Assembly: GCA_963923625.1 (NCBI GenBank)
Contig: CAWUMZ010000001.1
Span: 1-49,995 of the forward strand
Direction: 5' to 3'
Length of the DNA stretch: 49,995 nucleotides
DNA from: an uncultured bacterium
GTDB taxonomy: Bacteria; Actinomycetota; Thermoleophilia; Gaiellales; F1-60-MAGs149
The notes under the pieces were generated by a model. It searched no databases. It was given only the letters and a program-made list of their open reading frames with translations, and was not told the DNA's origin. Position numbers and translations under genes: made by a program. Below, piece by piece: positions 9,574 through 24,220 of this stretch (its first letter is position 1; every line of letters starts with the position of its first letter).

Positions 9574-10142
9574 CGCGCCGGATCGCCGATGCCGCGCGGC
9601 TCGGCGACGTCGAGGTGCGGCGCTGGCGTCCCGAGGACGGCGCCGAGCTGCGGGCCGTGATCCTCGCCTCCGACGCGCACCTGCGGCCGCGCATGGCGTG
9701 GCTCGACCTGTGGGCACCCCCCGAGTGTGATCCCGCCGCGACGATCGACGGCTGGAATGCGGAGTGGGAGGCCGGCGGCGATCTGTACGTGGGCGTCTTC
9801 GACCGGGGCACGATCAGCGGCGGTGCGGGGCTCCATCGCCGCCTCGGCCCGGATGCGCTGGAGATCGGCTACTGGCTGGGCGCGCACGCAACCGGGCGCG
9901 GGCGAGCCACGATCGCCGCGGGACTGCTCACCGACCTCGCCTTCGCGGACCCCGCCATCGAGCGCGTCCGCATCGCGCACGACGTGACGAACGCCGCGAG
10001 CGAGGGCGTGCCGCGGCGCCTCGGCTACGTGCTGGTCGGCGAGATCGAGTGCGAACGCCCGCTCGGACCGGCCGATACGGGCGTGGATCGCATCTGGGAG
10101 GTCACGCGCGCGGCGTGGCCGGGTTACGCGAGCCTGGCGTAG
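9570..10142 (+). CDS. GNAT-family N-acetyltransferase (RimJ/RimL-like)
   Basis: Length and pattern are typical of RimJ/L-type GNATs (..[18 protein letters not shown]..). GTGA overlap with the thioesterase stop. Confidence 0.7.
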   Translation: MTRRIADAARLGDVEVRRWRPEDGAELRAVILASDAHLRPRMAWLDLWAPPECDPAATIDGWNAEWEAGGDLYVGVFDRGTISGGAGLHRRLGPDALEIGYWLGAHATGRGRATIAAGLLTDLAFADPAIERVRIAHDVTNAASEGVPRRLGYVLVGEIECERPLGPADTGVDRIWEVTRAAWPGYASLA

Positions 10143-11701
10143 GCGGGGATCGTCAGGAACTCCTCGAAGCGCTCCTGCGTGACGAGCTCGTCGAGCAGAT
10201 CTACGGCCTCGCCGTTGCGTCCCTCGCTGCGACCGCCGATCTTCGCCAGCTCGTCGTCGCGGAGCTGCGCATAGAGCTCGGGCGTGAGGGTGCGGCCGTC
10301 CTCGAGCTCGACGGCGAAGTGCAGCCACTGCCAGAGCTGGGCGCGCGAGATCTCGGCGGTGGCCGCGTCCTCCATCAGGTTGTCGATGGCGACGGCGCCC
10401 AGGCCGTCGAGCCACGCGGCGATGTAGCGCGTGCCGACGGAGATGTTCGTGCGCACGCCCTGCTCGGTGATGGCGCCCGGCGTGTCGCCGAGGGCGACGA
10501 GCGCGGCGGCATCCGGCACCACGTCCTCGCGCAGGCGGTCGACCTGGTTGGGGCGATCGCCCAGGACCGCGTCGAAGATCTCCATGGCGAGCGGCACGAG
10601 GTCGGGGTGGGCGACCCAGGTGCCGTCGCAGCCGCCGTTGACCTCGCGCTCCTTGTCCTCGCGCACCTTCGCGAAGGCGATGGCATTCACCTCGGCGTCG
10701 CGACGCGACGGGATGAACGCCGCCATGCCGCCGATCGCGAAGGCGCCGCGGCGATGGCACGAGCGGACGAGCAGCTGCGTGTACGCGCGCATGAACGGGA
10801 CGCCCATCGTCACGCACGCGCGGTCGGGCAGGATCGCGTCGCGGTGCGCGTGCAGCTTCTTGATCGAGCTGAAGATGTAGTCCCAGCGGCCGGCGTTGAG
10901 ACCCGACGCGTGGTCGCGCAGCTCGTACAGGATCTCCTCCATCTCGAAAGCCGCAGGCAGGGTCTCGATCAGGACGGTGGCGCGGATCGTGCCGTACGGG
11001 ATGCCGATCGCCTCCTGGGCGATCGTGAAGGCGTCGTTCCAGAGTCGCGCCTCGAGGTGCGATTCGAGCTTGGGCAGGTAGAAGTACGGGCCCGATCCTC
11101 GCGCCAGCAGCTCGTGCGCGTTATGCGTCAGGTACAGCGCGAGGTCGAAGAGGCCACCGGAGACGGGTTCGCCGTCGAGCAGCGCATGGCGCTCGTCGAG
11201 GTGCCATCCGCGCGGGCGCACGATCAGCGTGGCGAGCTCGTCGTTCAGCGTGTAGTGCTTGCCGACATCGCTGGTGAATTCGAGCGTGCGGCGGATCGCA
11301 TCGTGCAGGGCGGCCTGGCCGTCGAGCACGTTGGCCCAGCTCGGGGAGAGGGCATCTTCGAGGTCGCACATGAAGACCTTGGCGCCCGAGTTGAGCGCGT
11401 TGATCATCATCTTGGCCTCGGCCGGCCCGGTGATCTCGACGCGGCGATCCTGCAGGTCGGCGGGGGCGGGCGCGACGCGCCAGTCGCCGTCGCGGATCGC
11501 CTGCGTCTCGGGCAGGAAGTCGAGCCGCTCGCCCGCGTCGAGGCGCGCTTGCCGGTCGGCGCGGGCGGCGAGCAGCTCGGCGCGGCGCGGGCCGAGCTCG
11601 CGCTGCAGCCGCTCCACAAGCGCGAGGGCCTCATCCGACAGGAGGTGCGCGCGCTCCGGCGCGACGGGGCCGACGATCTCGATGGCGGTGGCAGAGGACA
11701 T
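10124..11701 (-). CDS. aceB: malate synthase A
   Basis: 525 aa with malate synthase A hallmarks ([34 protein letters not shown]...). ATG at 11701 with GGAGA 6 nt upstream. Confidence 0.93.
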   Translation of the reverse strand: MSSATAIEIVGPVAPERAHLLSDEALALVERLQRELGPRRAELLAARADRQARLDAGERLDFLPETQAIRDGDWRVAPAPADLQDRRVEITGPAEAKMMINALNSGAKVFMCDLEDALSPSWANVLDGQAALHDAIRRTLEFTSDVGKHYTLNDELATLIVRPRGWHLDERHALLDGEPVSGGLFDLALYLTHNAHELLARGSGPYFYLPKLESHLEARLWNDAFTIAQEAIGIPYGTIRATVLIETLPAAFEMEEILYELRDHASGLNAGRWDYIFSSIKKLHAHRDAILPDRACVTMGVPFMRAYTQLLVRSCHRRGAFAIGGMAAFIPSRRDAEVNAIAFAKVREDKEREVNGGCDGTWVAHPDLVPLAMEIFDAVLGDRPNQVDRLREDVVPDAAALVALGDTPGAITEQGVRTNISVGTRYIAAWLDGLGAVAIDNLMEDAATAEISRAQLWQWLHFAVELEDGRTLTPELYAQLRDDELAKIGGRSEGRNGEAVDLLDELVTQERFEEFLTIPAYARLA

Positions 11702-11766
11702 GATGGATCTCCGAGAACTCATAGGTTTACGCCTATGTCCCTTAGGCGGGAACCGAATCCTTGCAC

Positions 11767-12759
11767 ATGGCGTCACGGCTCGGACGGTGGTACAACGCAG
11801 CGGTGAGCTCCCGCACCGTCCGCATCGCGATCGCCCAGGCGGCGCCGCGCATGCTCGACCTCGACGGCTGCCTCGGCGAGGTCGAGCGCCTCGCGACGGC
11901 TGCCGCGGCCGATGGCGCCCAGCTCGTCGTGTTCCCCGAGACGTGGATCCCCGGCTACCCGGTCTGGATGTACGGCCAGGCGCCTTGGGACGGCGAGCTG
12001 CAGAAGAGCGCCTACGCGCGCATGCTCGAGAACGCGATCGAGGTGCCCGGCCCGGCGACCGAGCGTCTCGGCGCACTCGCGCGCGAGCTCGGCGTCCAGC
12101 TGCACCTCGGCATCCACGAGCGCGACACGCAGTCCGGTGGCACGCTGTTCAACAGCCTGCTCTCGATCGGCGCCGACGGCAGCGTGCTGGGGTGCCACCG
12201 CAAGCTGATGCCCACGCACGCCGAGCGGATGATCTGGGGACGCGGCGACGGCAGCACGCTCAACGTCTACGACACCGAGCTCGGGCGCATCGGCGGGCTG
12301 ATCTGCTGGGAGCACTGGATGCCGCTGACGCGCATGGCGATGCACGGCCTGCGCGAGCAGATCCACATCGCGGTCTGGCCCGACGTCGGCCCGAACGCCA
12401 CGCTCGCCAGCCGGCACTACGCGTTCGAGGGGCGCTGCTACGTGATCGCCGCGGGCTCGTCCCTGTCGATCGAGGAAATCCCCGAGGATCTCAAGGAGCA
12501 GACGCTGCTCGGCACGTGGAACGACCAGGTCGCCAATGACGGGATGCTGCTGTCCGGCGGGTCGGGCGTGATCGGCCCCGACGGCGAGTGGGTCGTCGGG
12601 CCGGCCGGTACCGGCGAGGAGCTGATCCACGCAGAGCTCGACCTCGGCCGCCTCGACGGCGAGTTCCAGCACTTCGACGCCGTCGGCCACTACAACCGCC
12701 CGGACGTCTTCTCGTTCTCGGTCGACCGCACGCCGCGCAGCGCGGTGGACTGGCGCTGA
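11767..12759 (+). CDS. nitrilase (carbon-nitrogen hydrolase superfamily)
   Basis: [10 protein letters not shown]..., [12 protein letters not shown] (Glu) and LICWEHWMP (catalytic Cys). The start is uncertain: ATG 11767, TTG 11761 or GTG 11803. Confidence 0.85.
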   Translation: MASRLGRWYNAAVSSRTVRIAIAQAAPRMLDLDGCLGEVERLATAAAADGAQLVVFPETWIPGYPVWMYGQAPWDGELQKSAYARMLENAIEVPGPATERLGALARELGVQLHLGIHERDTQSGGTLFNSLLSIGADGSVLGCHRKLMPTHAERMIWGRGDGSTLNVYDTELGRIGGLICWEHWMPLTRMAMHGLREQIHIAVWPDVGPNATLASRHYAFEGRCYVIAAGSSLSIEEIPEDLKEQTLLGTWNDQVANDGMLLSGGSGVIGPDGEWVVGPAGTGEELIHAELDLGRLDGEFQHFDAVGHYNRPDVFSFSVDRTPRSAVDWR

Positions 12760-12762
12760 CCG

Positions 12763-14187
12763 CTACTCCTTGACGACGAGCACCGTCTCGAGCAGCGGGT
12801 CGCCGCAGTAGGCGATGCGCGTGCCGCTCCGCGCCTCGGCCTGCAGGGCGGCCAGCATGTCGCCGTTGATGCGCTCGCCCGGCGCGAGCGCGGGGATGCC
12901 CGGCGGGTAGGGCGCTGCGGTCTCGGCCGCGATGCGTCCGACCGCCTCGGTCGCCGGGACCCGCTCGTGATCGGCGAAGAACGCGTCACGCGGCGACATC
13001 GCCGTATCGGGCTGCAGCGTCCACGCCGTGATCGGCACGAGCGCACGTGGCTCTCCGCGGTGCTCCTCGATCGCGCGGATGATCTCCGTGGTCATGAAGT
13101 CGACGGTCTCCGGCGTGTCGCCCAAGGTGATGACCGGGCAGAAGGTGTCGCGGTCGGCGAACTCGAGGTGCAGGCCGCGGGCCTCCAGCACATCGGCGAC
13201 GACCTGGCCGTCGGCGCCGGTTCCGGGCAGCGTCAGCACGATCTTCGTGGGGTCGTGCATGAAGAGCGCGGGGGAGCGGTCGGCGATCTCCTCGCCGACG
13301 ACGCCGAGGCCGGGCACCTGGCGGAAGCGCTCGCGCGCCTCCTCGGCGAGGCGGATCGCCTGGCCGAGCAGCTCCTCGCCGCGCTCCTGCAGGAGGTCGC
13401 GGGCGAGATCGATGCTGGCGAATATGGCGCCCGACGGGCTCGTCGTGTGCAGCCCCTCGAAGGCGGCCTCGAGGCGCTCGAGGTCGATGCGCTCGCCCTG
13501 TGCCAGCACCATCGACGACTGGGTGAAGCCCGTGATGTGCTTGTGGATGCTGGTGACGAGAACGTCGGCGCCAGCCTGGATGGCGTGGGGCGGCAGGTCC
13601 GGGTGGAAGCCGAGATGCGCGCCCCAGGCGGCGTCGACCGTGAGCGGGATGCCGTGCGCGTGCGCGAGCTCGGCGTGGGCGGCCACGTCGGAGACGCCGC
13701 CGACGTAGCTCGGCTCGACGAGCATCACGGCCTTCGCGTTCGGGTGGCGCTCGAGGGCCTCGGCGACGCGGCTGACGGGCATGCCGGCGGTCAGCCCTGT
13801 CTGCTCGTCGATGTCCGGGCGGATCCAGACGGGTACCAGCCCGGCGAGGACGATGCCGAAGAACAGCGACTTGTGAATGGTGCGCGCGACGATGACCTCG
13901 TCGCCGGGCTTGCCGAGGGTCAGGCAGATCGCCTCGTTGCCGTGCGACGATCCCTGCACCGAGAAGCCGCACCAATCCGCCCCCCAGAGCTCGCCGGCGA
14001 TGCGCTCGGCGGTCGCCAGGCGCTTCGTGGAGACGCGGCGGTTCTCGACGCCCGTGTAGTGCGGCACGTCGAGGGCCAGGAAGTCGTCGATCAGCTCGGG
14101 ATTGCGCTTGTGGCCGGGCACGGTGAACGGCGTACCGGCATCGGCGAGGAAGTTCCTATACGCGTCGTACAGCGGGGTGTCGCTCAT
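12763..14187 (-). CDS. PLP-dependent Orn/Lys/Arg decarboxylase-family protein
   Basis: MSDTPLYDAYRNFL...FTVPGHKRNP...SIHKHITGFTQSSM (PLP-lysine region). ATG at 14187 with GAGGA upstream. Confidence 0.85.
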   Translation of the reverse strand: MSDTPLYDAYRNFLADAGTPFTVPGHKRNPELIDDFLALDVPHYTGVENRRVSTKRLATAERIAGELWGADWCGFSVQGSSHGNEAICLTLGKPGDEVIVARTIHKSLFFGIVLAGLVPVWIRPDIDEQTGLTAGMPVSRVAEALERHPNAKAVMLVEPSYVGGVSDVAAHAELAHAHGIPLTVDAAWGAHLGFHPDLPPHAIQAGADVLVTSIHKHITGFTQSSMVLAQGERIDLERLEAAFEGLHTTSPSGAIFASIDLARDLLQERGEELLGQAIRLAEEARERFRQVPGLGVVGEEIADRSPALFMHDPTKIVLTLPGTGADGQVVADVLEARGLHLEFADRDTFCPVITLGDTPETVDFMTTEIIRAIEEHRGEPRALVPITAWTLQPDTAMSPRDAFFADHERVPATEAVGRIAAETAAPYPPGIPALAPGERINGDMLAALQAEARSGTRIAYCGDPLLETVLVVKE

Positions 14188-14354
14188 CGTGGCGGTCCTC
14201 CGGCGATCGGCCGTCGGCGCTGCCGGCGGCGTCTTTTGGGATTGCGTACGCGAGTCGCCCAGACCGCGGGTGCGCGGGCAGGACCCCGTAGGTGGTGCGG
14301 CTCCAGCGTAGACCACCGACCGGCCGGGCGGGAGCGATCTGGCACCCTCTGGGC

Positions 14355-14792
14355 ATGCGCCTCGTCCTGCAGCGGGTATCCGAAGCCTCCGTGTCGATCG
14401 GCGGCGAGGTCGTCGGCGCGATCGGGCCCGGGCTCGTCGCGCTCGTCGGCATCGGCGAGGGCGATGACGCGAGGACCGTCACGCGGGCGGCGGAGAAGAC
14501 CGCAGACATGCGCATCTTCCGCGACGAGGACGGGCGCTTCGATCGCTCGGTGATCGACGTCGGCGGCTCGGTGCTGATCATCTCGCAGTTCACGTTGCTG
14601 GCCGACACGCGCCGCGGCAACCGCCCGTCGTTCACGTGGGCCGCCGATCCGGCCGTGGCCGAGCCGCTCGTGAGTCTCTACATCGAGACCCTCAAGGGCC
14701 TCGGCGTCCCGGTGGCCGGCGGGCGCTTCGGCGCCGACATGCAGGTTGCGCTCGTCAACGATGGTCCGGTGACGATCGTCCACGACTCCTGA
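14355..14792 (+). CDS. dtd: D-aminoacyl-tRNA deacylase
   Basis: [34 protein letters not shown]...[18 protein letters not shown]. 145 aa. Confidence 0.93.
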   Translation: MRLVLQRVSEASVSIGGEVVGAIGPGLVALVGIGEGDDARTVTRAAEKTADMRIFRDEDGRFDRSVIDVGGSVLIISQFTLLADTRRGNRPSFTWAADPAVAEPLVSLYIETLKGLGVPVAGGRFGADMQVALVNDGPVTIVHDS

Positions 14793-14858
14793 GTGACACC
14801 CCCGCGAGCAGACGTCTGGTAGCGTTCGACACGAGCGCGGCAGGGATGCGCTCGGCCG

Positions 14859-14886
14859 AGACGGGCCAAGAGCCCGTCTTTTTTTT
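14859..14886 (+). terminator. canonical intrinsic terminator (8-bp stem plus T-run)
   Basis: AGACGGGC (14859-66), loop CAAGA, GCCCGTCT (14872-79), followed by T's through 14886. It lies downstream of dtd. Confidence 0.7.
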
Positions 14887-14915
14887 GGGAAAACGCAGAC
14901 GAAAGGGGGTGCCAG

Positions 14916-15355
14916 ATGAGCGCAGCAGCGGATCCTCGCGAGCAGGTCGAGCAGCTGATCGCCGAGGCGCGCCCTGACGTCTACGTGTGGGACGTCACGG
15001 CGGACCCCGGTCACGGGCAGCTCCGCGTGATGATCGATCGCGAGGGCGGCGTCGACCTCGGTCTCTGCGAGGAGATCTCCAAGGTCCTGCTGCCCGTGCG
15101 CGAGGAGTGGGCGCTCGAGGTGTCGTCGCCCGGACTCGATCGCGCGCTCACGCGCCCCGAGCACTACGCGCGCATGGTCGGACGCGAGGCGTCCTTCGTC
15201 CTGCGCGCGCCGGTCGACGGCCAGACGTCCTTCGCGGGCGTGCTCGTGGCCGCCGGCCCCGATTCCGTCACGGTCGAAACCGGCGACGGGCGCCTCGAGG
15301 TGCCCTACGCCGACGTCAAGAAGTCAACCCTCATGTGGAAGCTGGTGAAGTCACG

Positions 15356-15359
<4 letters not shown>
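14916..15359 (+). CDS. rimP: ribosome maturation factor RimP
   Basis: ...LEVSSPGLDRALTRPEHYARMVGREA... GGGGGT-type SD upstream. ATGA overlap with nusA. Conserved position upstream of nusA. Confidence 0.9.
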
Positions 15360-16852
<1,493 letters not shown>

Positions 16853-17144
16853 CGCCGCCGCGTCCGCGCCCGAGCGCACCTGCTCGGGCTGCGGGCGGCG
16901 TCGACCGCAGAGCCGCCTCGTGCGGCTCTCGGTCGATGCCGCCGGCGCGCTCGTGGTCGGCGGCAGGACGGGGCGGGGGACGTACCTCTGCCCGCAGGAC
17001 GCGTGCGTCGACGCCGCGCTGCGATCGCGTGCGATTCCGCGACGTCTCCGCGTGCCCGTCGAGATCCCCGAAGACCTTGCGGCGCTTGTGATCGCGGCGC
17101 TGCCGGGGGGCTGAAATCCGCATGGCTGATAGGATCCTCGGCTG

Positions 17145-19478
17145 ATGGCTAAGCGACGAATCGTGGAAATCGCGCGTGAGCGCGGGCTCGATCCCAACGA
17201 GGTGGCCCGCGTCCTCTTCGAGGCGGGCGTGCCGATTCAGCGGGACATGGTCGACGAGGTCGCAGCGGCGCGCGCGCTGGCGGGCTCCAAGCCGAAGAAG
17301 CCACCGGCGAAGAAGAAGTCGGCCGCTTCCGCCGCGAAGAAGCCCACGGCCGCCAAGGGCGCCGCCGAGGCCAAGCCGGCCGATCCGGCCGCCGCGCACC
17401 CCAACGCGATCAAGCCCGAGCCCGTCGAGCCGCCCAAGAAGAAGGAGGAGGAGGCCGCTCCCGCCGCTGGCAGTGAGCGCCCCGCCCGCGATTCGCGTCC
17501 GCCGCGCCCGACCTCGGGCGGCAGCCGCTTCGCCCCGCCGCCTCCGCCCGGTGGCGCACCGGCCGGTCGCGCCCGCCCGCAGCGCGGCGTGCCCCAGGGC
17601 AAGAAGCGCCGCGTCGTCATCGACTCGCAGGCAGCGCGCGGTCCGCGCGAGCGCCCGCAGCGCGGCGGTCGCGGCGGCGGCGACCGCGAGGTGCGCGAGG
17701 AGAAGCCGGTCGTCCGCCCGACGGGCCCGGTCACCGTCCCCAGCGGCGTCACCGTCAAGGAGTACGCGGAGAAGCTCGGCGTGTCCACGGCCGAGATCAT
17801 CAAGACGATGATGGGCCTCGGCGAGTTCGTCACGATCACGCAGTCGCTCACCGATGAGGCGATCGAGATCATCGCCGCCGAATTCGAGCGCCCGGTCACG
17901 ATCCAGAGCGCGGAGGAGGAACTCGACGACATCGTCATCGAGGACGATCCGGCGACGCTCAAGCCGCGCGCCCCCGTCATCACCGTGATGGGCCACGTCG
18001 ATCACGGCAAGACCACGCTGCTCGACGCCATCCGCGAGACCAGCGTCGTCGCGGGCGAGGCCGGCGGCATCACCCAGCACATCGGCGCGTACCAGGTCGA
18101 TGTCGGCGATCGTCAGGTCACCTTCCTCGATACGCCGGGCCACGAGGCGTTCACCGCCCTGCGCGCCCGCGGCGCCAAGCTCACCGACGTGGCCGTGCTC
18201 GTCGTCGCCGCCGACGACAGCGTGATGCCGCAGACGCTCGAGGCGATCGATCACGCCAAGGCCGCCGAGGTGCCGATCGTCGTCGCCGTCAACAAGATCG
18301 ACAAGCCCGGCGCGAACCCGCAGAAGACGCGCCAGGACCTCGTTACGCACGGACTGCAGCCCGAGGACTGGGGTGGCGACACCGTGTTCGTCGACGTCTC
18401 GGCCAAGGAGAAGACCGGTCTCGACAACCTCCTCGAGATGCTGCTGCTGCAGGCTGACGTGCTCGAGCTCAAGGCGAACCCCGACGCACCGGCCTCCGGT
18501 CCGATCGTGGAGTCGCGCCTCGACGTCGGTCGCGGCCCCGTCGCGACGATGCTCGTGCAGCGCGGCACGCTCAAGCAGGGTGACGCCGTCGTCGCCGGCG
18601 ACGCCTGGGGCAAGGTGCGCGTCATGCTCGACGAGCACGGCGTCAAGCTCGAGTCCGCCGGCCCCGCCGAGCCCGTCGAGATCGTCGGCTTCGACAAGCC
18701 GCCGCCGGCCGGCGAGGTCTGTCGCGTCGTCGACTCCGAGCGCGATGCGCGCCACCTCGCGCAGAAGCGCGCCGCGCGCCTGCGCGCCGAGGAGCTCTCG
18801 CGTCGCAGCCAGAAGTCGATCTCGCTCGAGGATCTCTTCAAGCAGGTCTCCGACGGCAAGGTCCGCGACCTCAACCTCGTCATCAAGGGCGACGTGCAGG
18901 GCTCCGTCGAGGCTGCCGTCTCCGAGCTCGACAAGATCAAGAGCGAGGAGGTCGCCGTCCGCGTCATCCACACGGGCGTCGGCGGCATCACCGAGTCCGA
19001 CATCATGCTCGCGGCCGCCTCCAAGGCGATTGTGATCGGCTTCAACGTCCGTCCGAACGCGGAGGCCAAGGGTCTCGCCGATCGCGAGGGCGTCGACATC
19101 CGCACCTACAAGGTCATCTACAAGCTGACCGAGGACATCGAGGCCGCGCTCGTCGGCATGCTCACGCCGGACATCGTCGAGGAGGTCACCGGCACCGCCG
19201 AGGTGCGCCAGCTGTTCAAGGCCTCCAAGATCGGCACGATCGCCGGCTGCATGGTCACCAGCGGCGTGATCGCCCGCGGCTCGAATGCGCGCGTCATCCG
19301 CGACGGCGTTGTCACGTGGGACGGCGAGATCGACTCGATCCGCCACCTCAAGGACGAGGTCAAGGAGATCAAGGAGGGCTTCGAGTGCGGCATCGTGCTC
19401 AAGGGCTTCTCCGATCTCGAGGAGGGTGACGTCCTCGAGGCGTACGTCTCCAAGTCCGTCGAGCGCACCGAGCTCTAG
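17145..19478 (+). CDS. infB: translation initiation factor IF-2
   Basis: 777 aa with a Lys/Pro/Ala-rich N-terminus and a GTPase domain ([29 protein letters not shown]). Confidence 0.97.
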   Translation: MAKRRIVEIARERGLDPNEVARVLFEAGVPIQRDMVDEVAAARALAGSKPKKPPAKKKSAASAAKKPTAAKGAAEAKPADPAAAHPNAIKPEPVEPPKKKEEEAAPAAGSERPARDSRPPRPTSGGSRFAPPPPPGGAPAGRARPQRGVPQGKKRRVVIDSQAARGPRERPQRGGRGGGDREVREEKPVVRPTGPVTVPSGVTVKEYAEKLGVSTAEIIKTMMGLGEFVTITQSLTDEAIEIIAAEFERPVTIQSAEEELDDIVIEDDPATLKPRAPVITVMGHVDHGKTTLLDAIRETSVVAGEAGGITQHIGAYQVDVGDRQVTFLDTPGHEAFTALRARGAKLTDVAVLVVAADDSVMPQTLEAIDHAKAAEVPIVVAVNKIDKPGANPQKTRQDLVTHGLQPEDWGGDTVFVDVSAKEKTGLDNLLEMLLLQADVLELKANPDAPASGPIVESRLDVGRGPVATMLVQRGTLKQGDAVVAGDAWGKVRVMLDEHGVKLESAGPAEPVEIVGFDKPPPAGEVCRVVDSERDARHLAQKRAARLRAEELSRRSQKSISLEDLFKQVSDGKVRDLNLVIKGDVQGSVEAAVSELDKIKSEEVAVRVIHTGVGGITESDIMLAAASKAIVIGFNVRPNAEAKGLADREGVDIRTYKVIYKLTEDIEAALVGMLTPDIVEEVTGTAEVRQLFKASKIGTIAGCMVTSGVIARGSNARVIRDGVVTWDGEIDSIRHLKDEVKEIKEGFECGIVLKGFSDLEEGDVLEAYVSKSVERTEL

Positions 19479-19487
19479 GCGCGGATC

Positions 19488-20450
19488 ATGGCGCGGGAGT
19501 TCGAGCTCGCCGATCTCGGAGGCGGTGCCCATCGCGTCACGATGCCGCTGCCGTGGGCGCTCGATCACACGCACTGCTACGCGATCGAGGCGCCTGAGGG
19601 GTGGACGATCATCGACACGGGTCTCGGCACTCCCGGCACGGTGCGGCGCTGGACCGAGGCGCTCGAGCTGCTCGGGAATCCCCGCATCCACCGGATCCTC
19701 GTCACGCACTACCACCCCGACCACGTCGGCTGCGCGGGACTGCTCGCGGACCTCGTCGAGCCGGACGAGATCGTGATGGGCCGCATCGACGCCGCGCTGT
19801 GCCACGGAGCCTGGGTCGACATGGACATCGAGGGTGTCTACGACCACATGCATGGCAACGGGATGTCACCCGAGATGGCGCGCGAGGCGGCCGATGACGA
19901 GGGCAACTCGCCCGTCTCGATCCCGAACCCGACGCTGCTGGTCGACGAGGACGACGTCATCCGCCTTGGTGATGAGGACTTCCGCGTCCTGCACCTGCCC
20001 GGGCATGCCGACGGCCACATCGCGCTGCTCGGCGTCGATTCCGGGCGAATGTTCGGCGGCGACGTGATCCTGTCGAAGATCAGCCCCAACGTCGGGCGCT
20101 GGGAGGACACGGCGTTCGATCCGCTGGGCCGCTACTTCGAGACGCTGGAGCGCCTCGCCGAGCTGTCGCCCGCGATCGTGCACGGCGGGCACCGGGCGCC
20201 GGTCGAGGACGTTCCGGGTCGGGCGCGCGAGATCCGCGCCATGCACGATGAGCGCCTGCTGATCGCGCACGCCGCGCTGCAGGACGGTGCCGTCTCCGCG
20301 ATGGACGTCGCGACGGTCATCTGGCCCGACGGCCACGGCATGCACGAGCGCCGCTTCGCGCTCGTCGAGGCCCTCGCGCACGTCGAGCGCCTGGTCGCCG
20401 ACGGCCGCGCGACGATGTCGGCCGACGGCCGACGCTTCGCTGCCGCGTAG
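19488..20450 (+). CDS. MBL-fold metallo-hydrolase
   Basis: The HxHxDH motif (VTHYHPDHVGCAG) and a downstream His (HLPGHADGH). Confidence 0.85.
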   Translation: MAREFELADLGGGAHRVTMPLPWALDHTHCYAIEAPEGWTIIDTGLGTPGTVRRWTEALELLGNPRIHRILVTHYHPDHVGCAGLLADLVEPDEIVMGRIDAALCHGAWVDMDIEGVYDHMHGNGMSPEMAREAADDEGNSPVSIPNPTLLVDEDDVIRLGDEDFRVLHLPGHADGHIALLGVDSGRMFGGDVILSKISPNVGRWEDTAFDPLGRYFETLERLAELSPAIVHGGHRAPVEDVPGRAREIRAMHDERLLIAHAALQDGAVSAMDVATVIWPDGHGMHERRFALVEALAHVERLVADGRATMSADGRRFAAA

Positions 20451-20468
20451 GAGCCTCGACGACCTTCC

Positions 20469-20501
20469 GGTTCCGAATGGGGACAGGCCCCATCCGGAAC
20501 C
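20469..20501. terminator. hairpin between convergent genes (14-bp stem, one mismatch)
   Basis: GGTTCCGAATGGGG, loop ACAGG, CCCCATCCGGAACC. It lies between the MBL hydrolase stop (20450) and the ilvD stop (20515). Confidence 0.5.
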
Positions 20502-20514
20502 TCAAGGCAATGGA

Positions 20515-22182
<1,668 letters not shown>

Positions 22183-22210
22183 GGCGGCATCGTAATGGGT
22201 TCGGGAGAAC

Positions 22211-24073
22211 CTACGCCGCCATGGCATCACCCGGGTTGTCGGCGAGCACGGCCAGGACCGCGTCGGCGTGCCGCTCGAGGAACGCCGGCCCCACGCCCGG
22301 CAGCAGGCTGAGGGCATCGGGTGTGGCCGGGCGGGTCGCCGCGATGGCGTGGAGCGTGGCATCCTTGCCGATCACGTATGCGGGCACGCCGGCCTCCTTG
22401 GCGGCGGCGCTGCGCCAGGCCTTGAGGGCGATCAGCAGATCCTCGGGCACATCGGCGGGGATCGGCGGCGCGGCGGCCTTGCGCTTGGAGCGCGTGCGCG
22501 TGGCGGCGGTCTCGGCCGGGATCTCGATCGGGCTGCAGACGTCGCAGCAGCGCCCGTCGGCGACCGGCTCCTGCTGATCGCCGAAGTAGCGGAGCAGGGT
22601 CAGGCGTCGGCACGCGTCGCCCGCGGCGAAGGCCTGCGCCGCGTCGAGCCGATCCCAGCGGCCGCCGTCGATGCGGCGGGCCCGCAGGCGCACCTCCTCG
22701 GCGCGGTCGGCGCCGAGTCGTCGCAGCTTGATGCGGCCGCGCCACAGCTGGCTCGACCCGGGGAACAGCTCGGCGGCACCGACGGCCTCCGCGGATGCCA
22801 GCCACGCACGGGCGTCGTCCTCGAACGCGTCGAGCATCCGCGCGAGTTCGCTCGGATTGGCGGAGAACTCGCCGGTGTCCTGATCGGCGAGGTGCGCAAG
22901 GGCGGCGAGCACGCGGTTCACCTCATCGGCGCCGAAGTGCGCGCGACGGATCAGCGCGCCGAGGACGCCGCGGTCGCCGCTCGAGTGCAGCAGGACGCAG
23001 CGCGACGGCAGGCCGTCGCGGCCGGCGCGCCCCGACTCCTGCGAGTAGGCCTCGAGCGACTGCGGCAGACCCCAGTGCCAGACCTGGCGGATGTTTGCCT
23101 TGTCGACGCCCATGCCGAATGCGGTCGTGGCGACGATGACGCCGTCGTCGGACTCCATGAAGCGGTCCTGTCGACGCTGGCGCTCCTCGCGCGCGAGGCC
23201 CGCGTGGTACGCCTGCGCGGCGAGGCCCGTCGCGGCGAGCTCCTCGGCGACCATCTCGCTGTCCTTGCGCGTGCGCACGTAGACGATCGCGGGGAGCATC
23301 CCCGGTGCGCGCAGTCCGTCCTCGAGCAGCTGCAGGCGCCGTGCCTTGCCGCTCGCCTCGATCGCGTCGAACGTCAGATTGGGGCGGTCGAAGCCCGTGT
23401 GCACCTCGACGGGGTCCTGCATCGCGAGGCGCCGCATGATGTCGATGCCCGTCGCCGTCGTCGCCGTGGCGGTGAGCGCCATCACGGCGGTGGGGCGGAT
23501 CTGCTCGCGCACCTGGGCGAGGCGTCCGTAGTCGGGCCGGAAGTCGTGGCCCCATTCCGACAGGCAGTGCGCCTCGTCGACGACCAGCAGGTCGACGTGC
23601 GCCTCGGCGAGCGCGGCGGCGAAGCGCGCATTGGCGAAGCGCTCAGGCGCCACGTACAGCAGCCGCACGGCGGGGCCATCATCGAGCAGGGTGCCGCCGT
23701 CGCCGCGCAGCGACTGCAGGATCGCCTCGACGTCCTCGGCCGAGGTGTCGCTCGACAGCGCGGCGACGTCGGTGCGGCCGAGTCGGCGGAGCGCCTCGAC
23801 CTGGTCGCGCATCAGCGCGAGCAGGGGGGAGACCACGATCGTGAGCCGTAGGGCGCCGAGCGCCGGCAGCTGGTAGCAGAGCGACTTGCCCGACCCGGTG
23901 GGCATCACGACGAGCGCATCGCGGCCGTCGAGTGCGGCCTGCACTGCCTCCTCCTGTCCGGGGCGGAACGCGTCGTGCCCGAAGACGTCGTGCAGGAGCT
24001 GGTGCGGGTCTGCGGCCACGAACTGCAGTCTACGAACCGCATCCGCGCGCGTTCCGCGCGGACCGCGCCGCAT
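22211..24073 (-). CDS. recQ: ATP-dependent DNA helicase RecQ
   Basis: [47 protein letters not shown], and a C-terminal HRDC-like region. The start is uncertain: ATG 24073, TTG 24082 or a downstream GTG. Confidence 0.9.
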   Translation of the reverse strand: MRRGPRGTRADAVRRLQFVAADPHQLLHDVFGHDAFRPGQEEAVQAALDGRDALVVMPTGSGKSLCYQLPALGALRLTIVVSPLLALMRDQVEALRRLGRTDVAALSSDTSAEDVEAILQSLRGDGGTLLDDGPAVRLLYVAPERFANARFAAALAEAHVDLLVVDEAHCLSEWGHDFRPDYGRLAQVREQIRPTAVMALTATATTATGIDIMRRLAMQDPVEVHTGFDRPNLTFDAIEASGKARRLQLLEDGLRAPGMLPAIVYVRTRKDSEMVAEELAATGLAAQAYHAGLAREERQRRQDRFMESDDGVIVATTAFGMGVDKANIRQVWHWGLPQSLEAYSQESGRAGRDGLPSRCVLLHSSGDRGVLGALIRRAHFGADEVNRVLAALAHLADQDTGEFSANPSELARMLDAFEDDARAWLASAEAVGAAELFPGSSQLWRGRIKLRRLGADRAEEVRLRARRIDGGRWDRLDAAQAFAAGDACRRLTLLRYFGDQQEPVADGRCCDVCSPIEIPAETAATRTRSKRKAAAPPIPADVPEDLLIALKAWRSAAAKEAGVPAYVIGKDATLHAIAATRPATPDALSLLPGVGPAFLERHADAVLAVLADNPGDAMAA

Positions 24074-24080
24074 CTCCGCC

Positions 24081-24115
24081 AATCGACCAAAGGGTTCTGG
24101 TCCCTTTGGTCGATT
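24081..24115 (-). terminator. hairpin (14-bp stem, 7-nt loop) related in sequence to the palindromic repeat family
   Basis: AATCGACCAAAGGG, loop TTCTGGT, CCCTTTGGTCGATT. It lies downstream of the ABC operon and immediately upstream of recQ. Confidence 0.5.
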
Positions 24116-24220
24116 AGCGGGGTGTGTGACGCGTGACGGGACGATCGTGATGTGGGGCTCGGAGGCCTCCTCGGGCAGGGCGGTGCTCCGAGGCGGTGGT
24201 CGGCGAGCTGATCGCTATGG

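Noticed and set aside
11761-11796. A sigma-70-like promoter for the nitrilase gene (TTGCAC at 11761-66 and TACAAC at 11791-96)
   Set aside because: The spacer between the two hexamers is 24 nt, far from the 16-18 nt optimum, and the hexamers overlap candidate start codons. This is not supportable from sequence alone.
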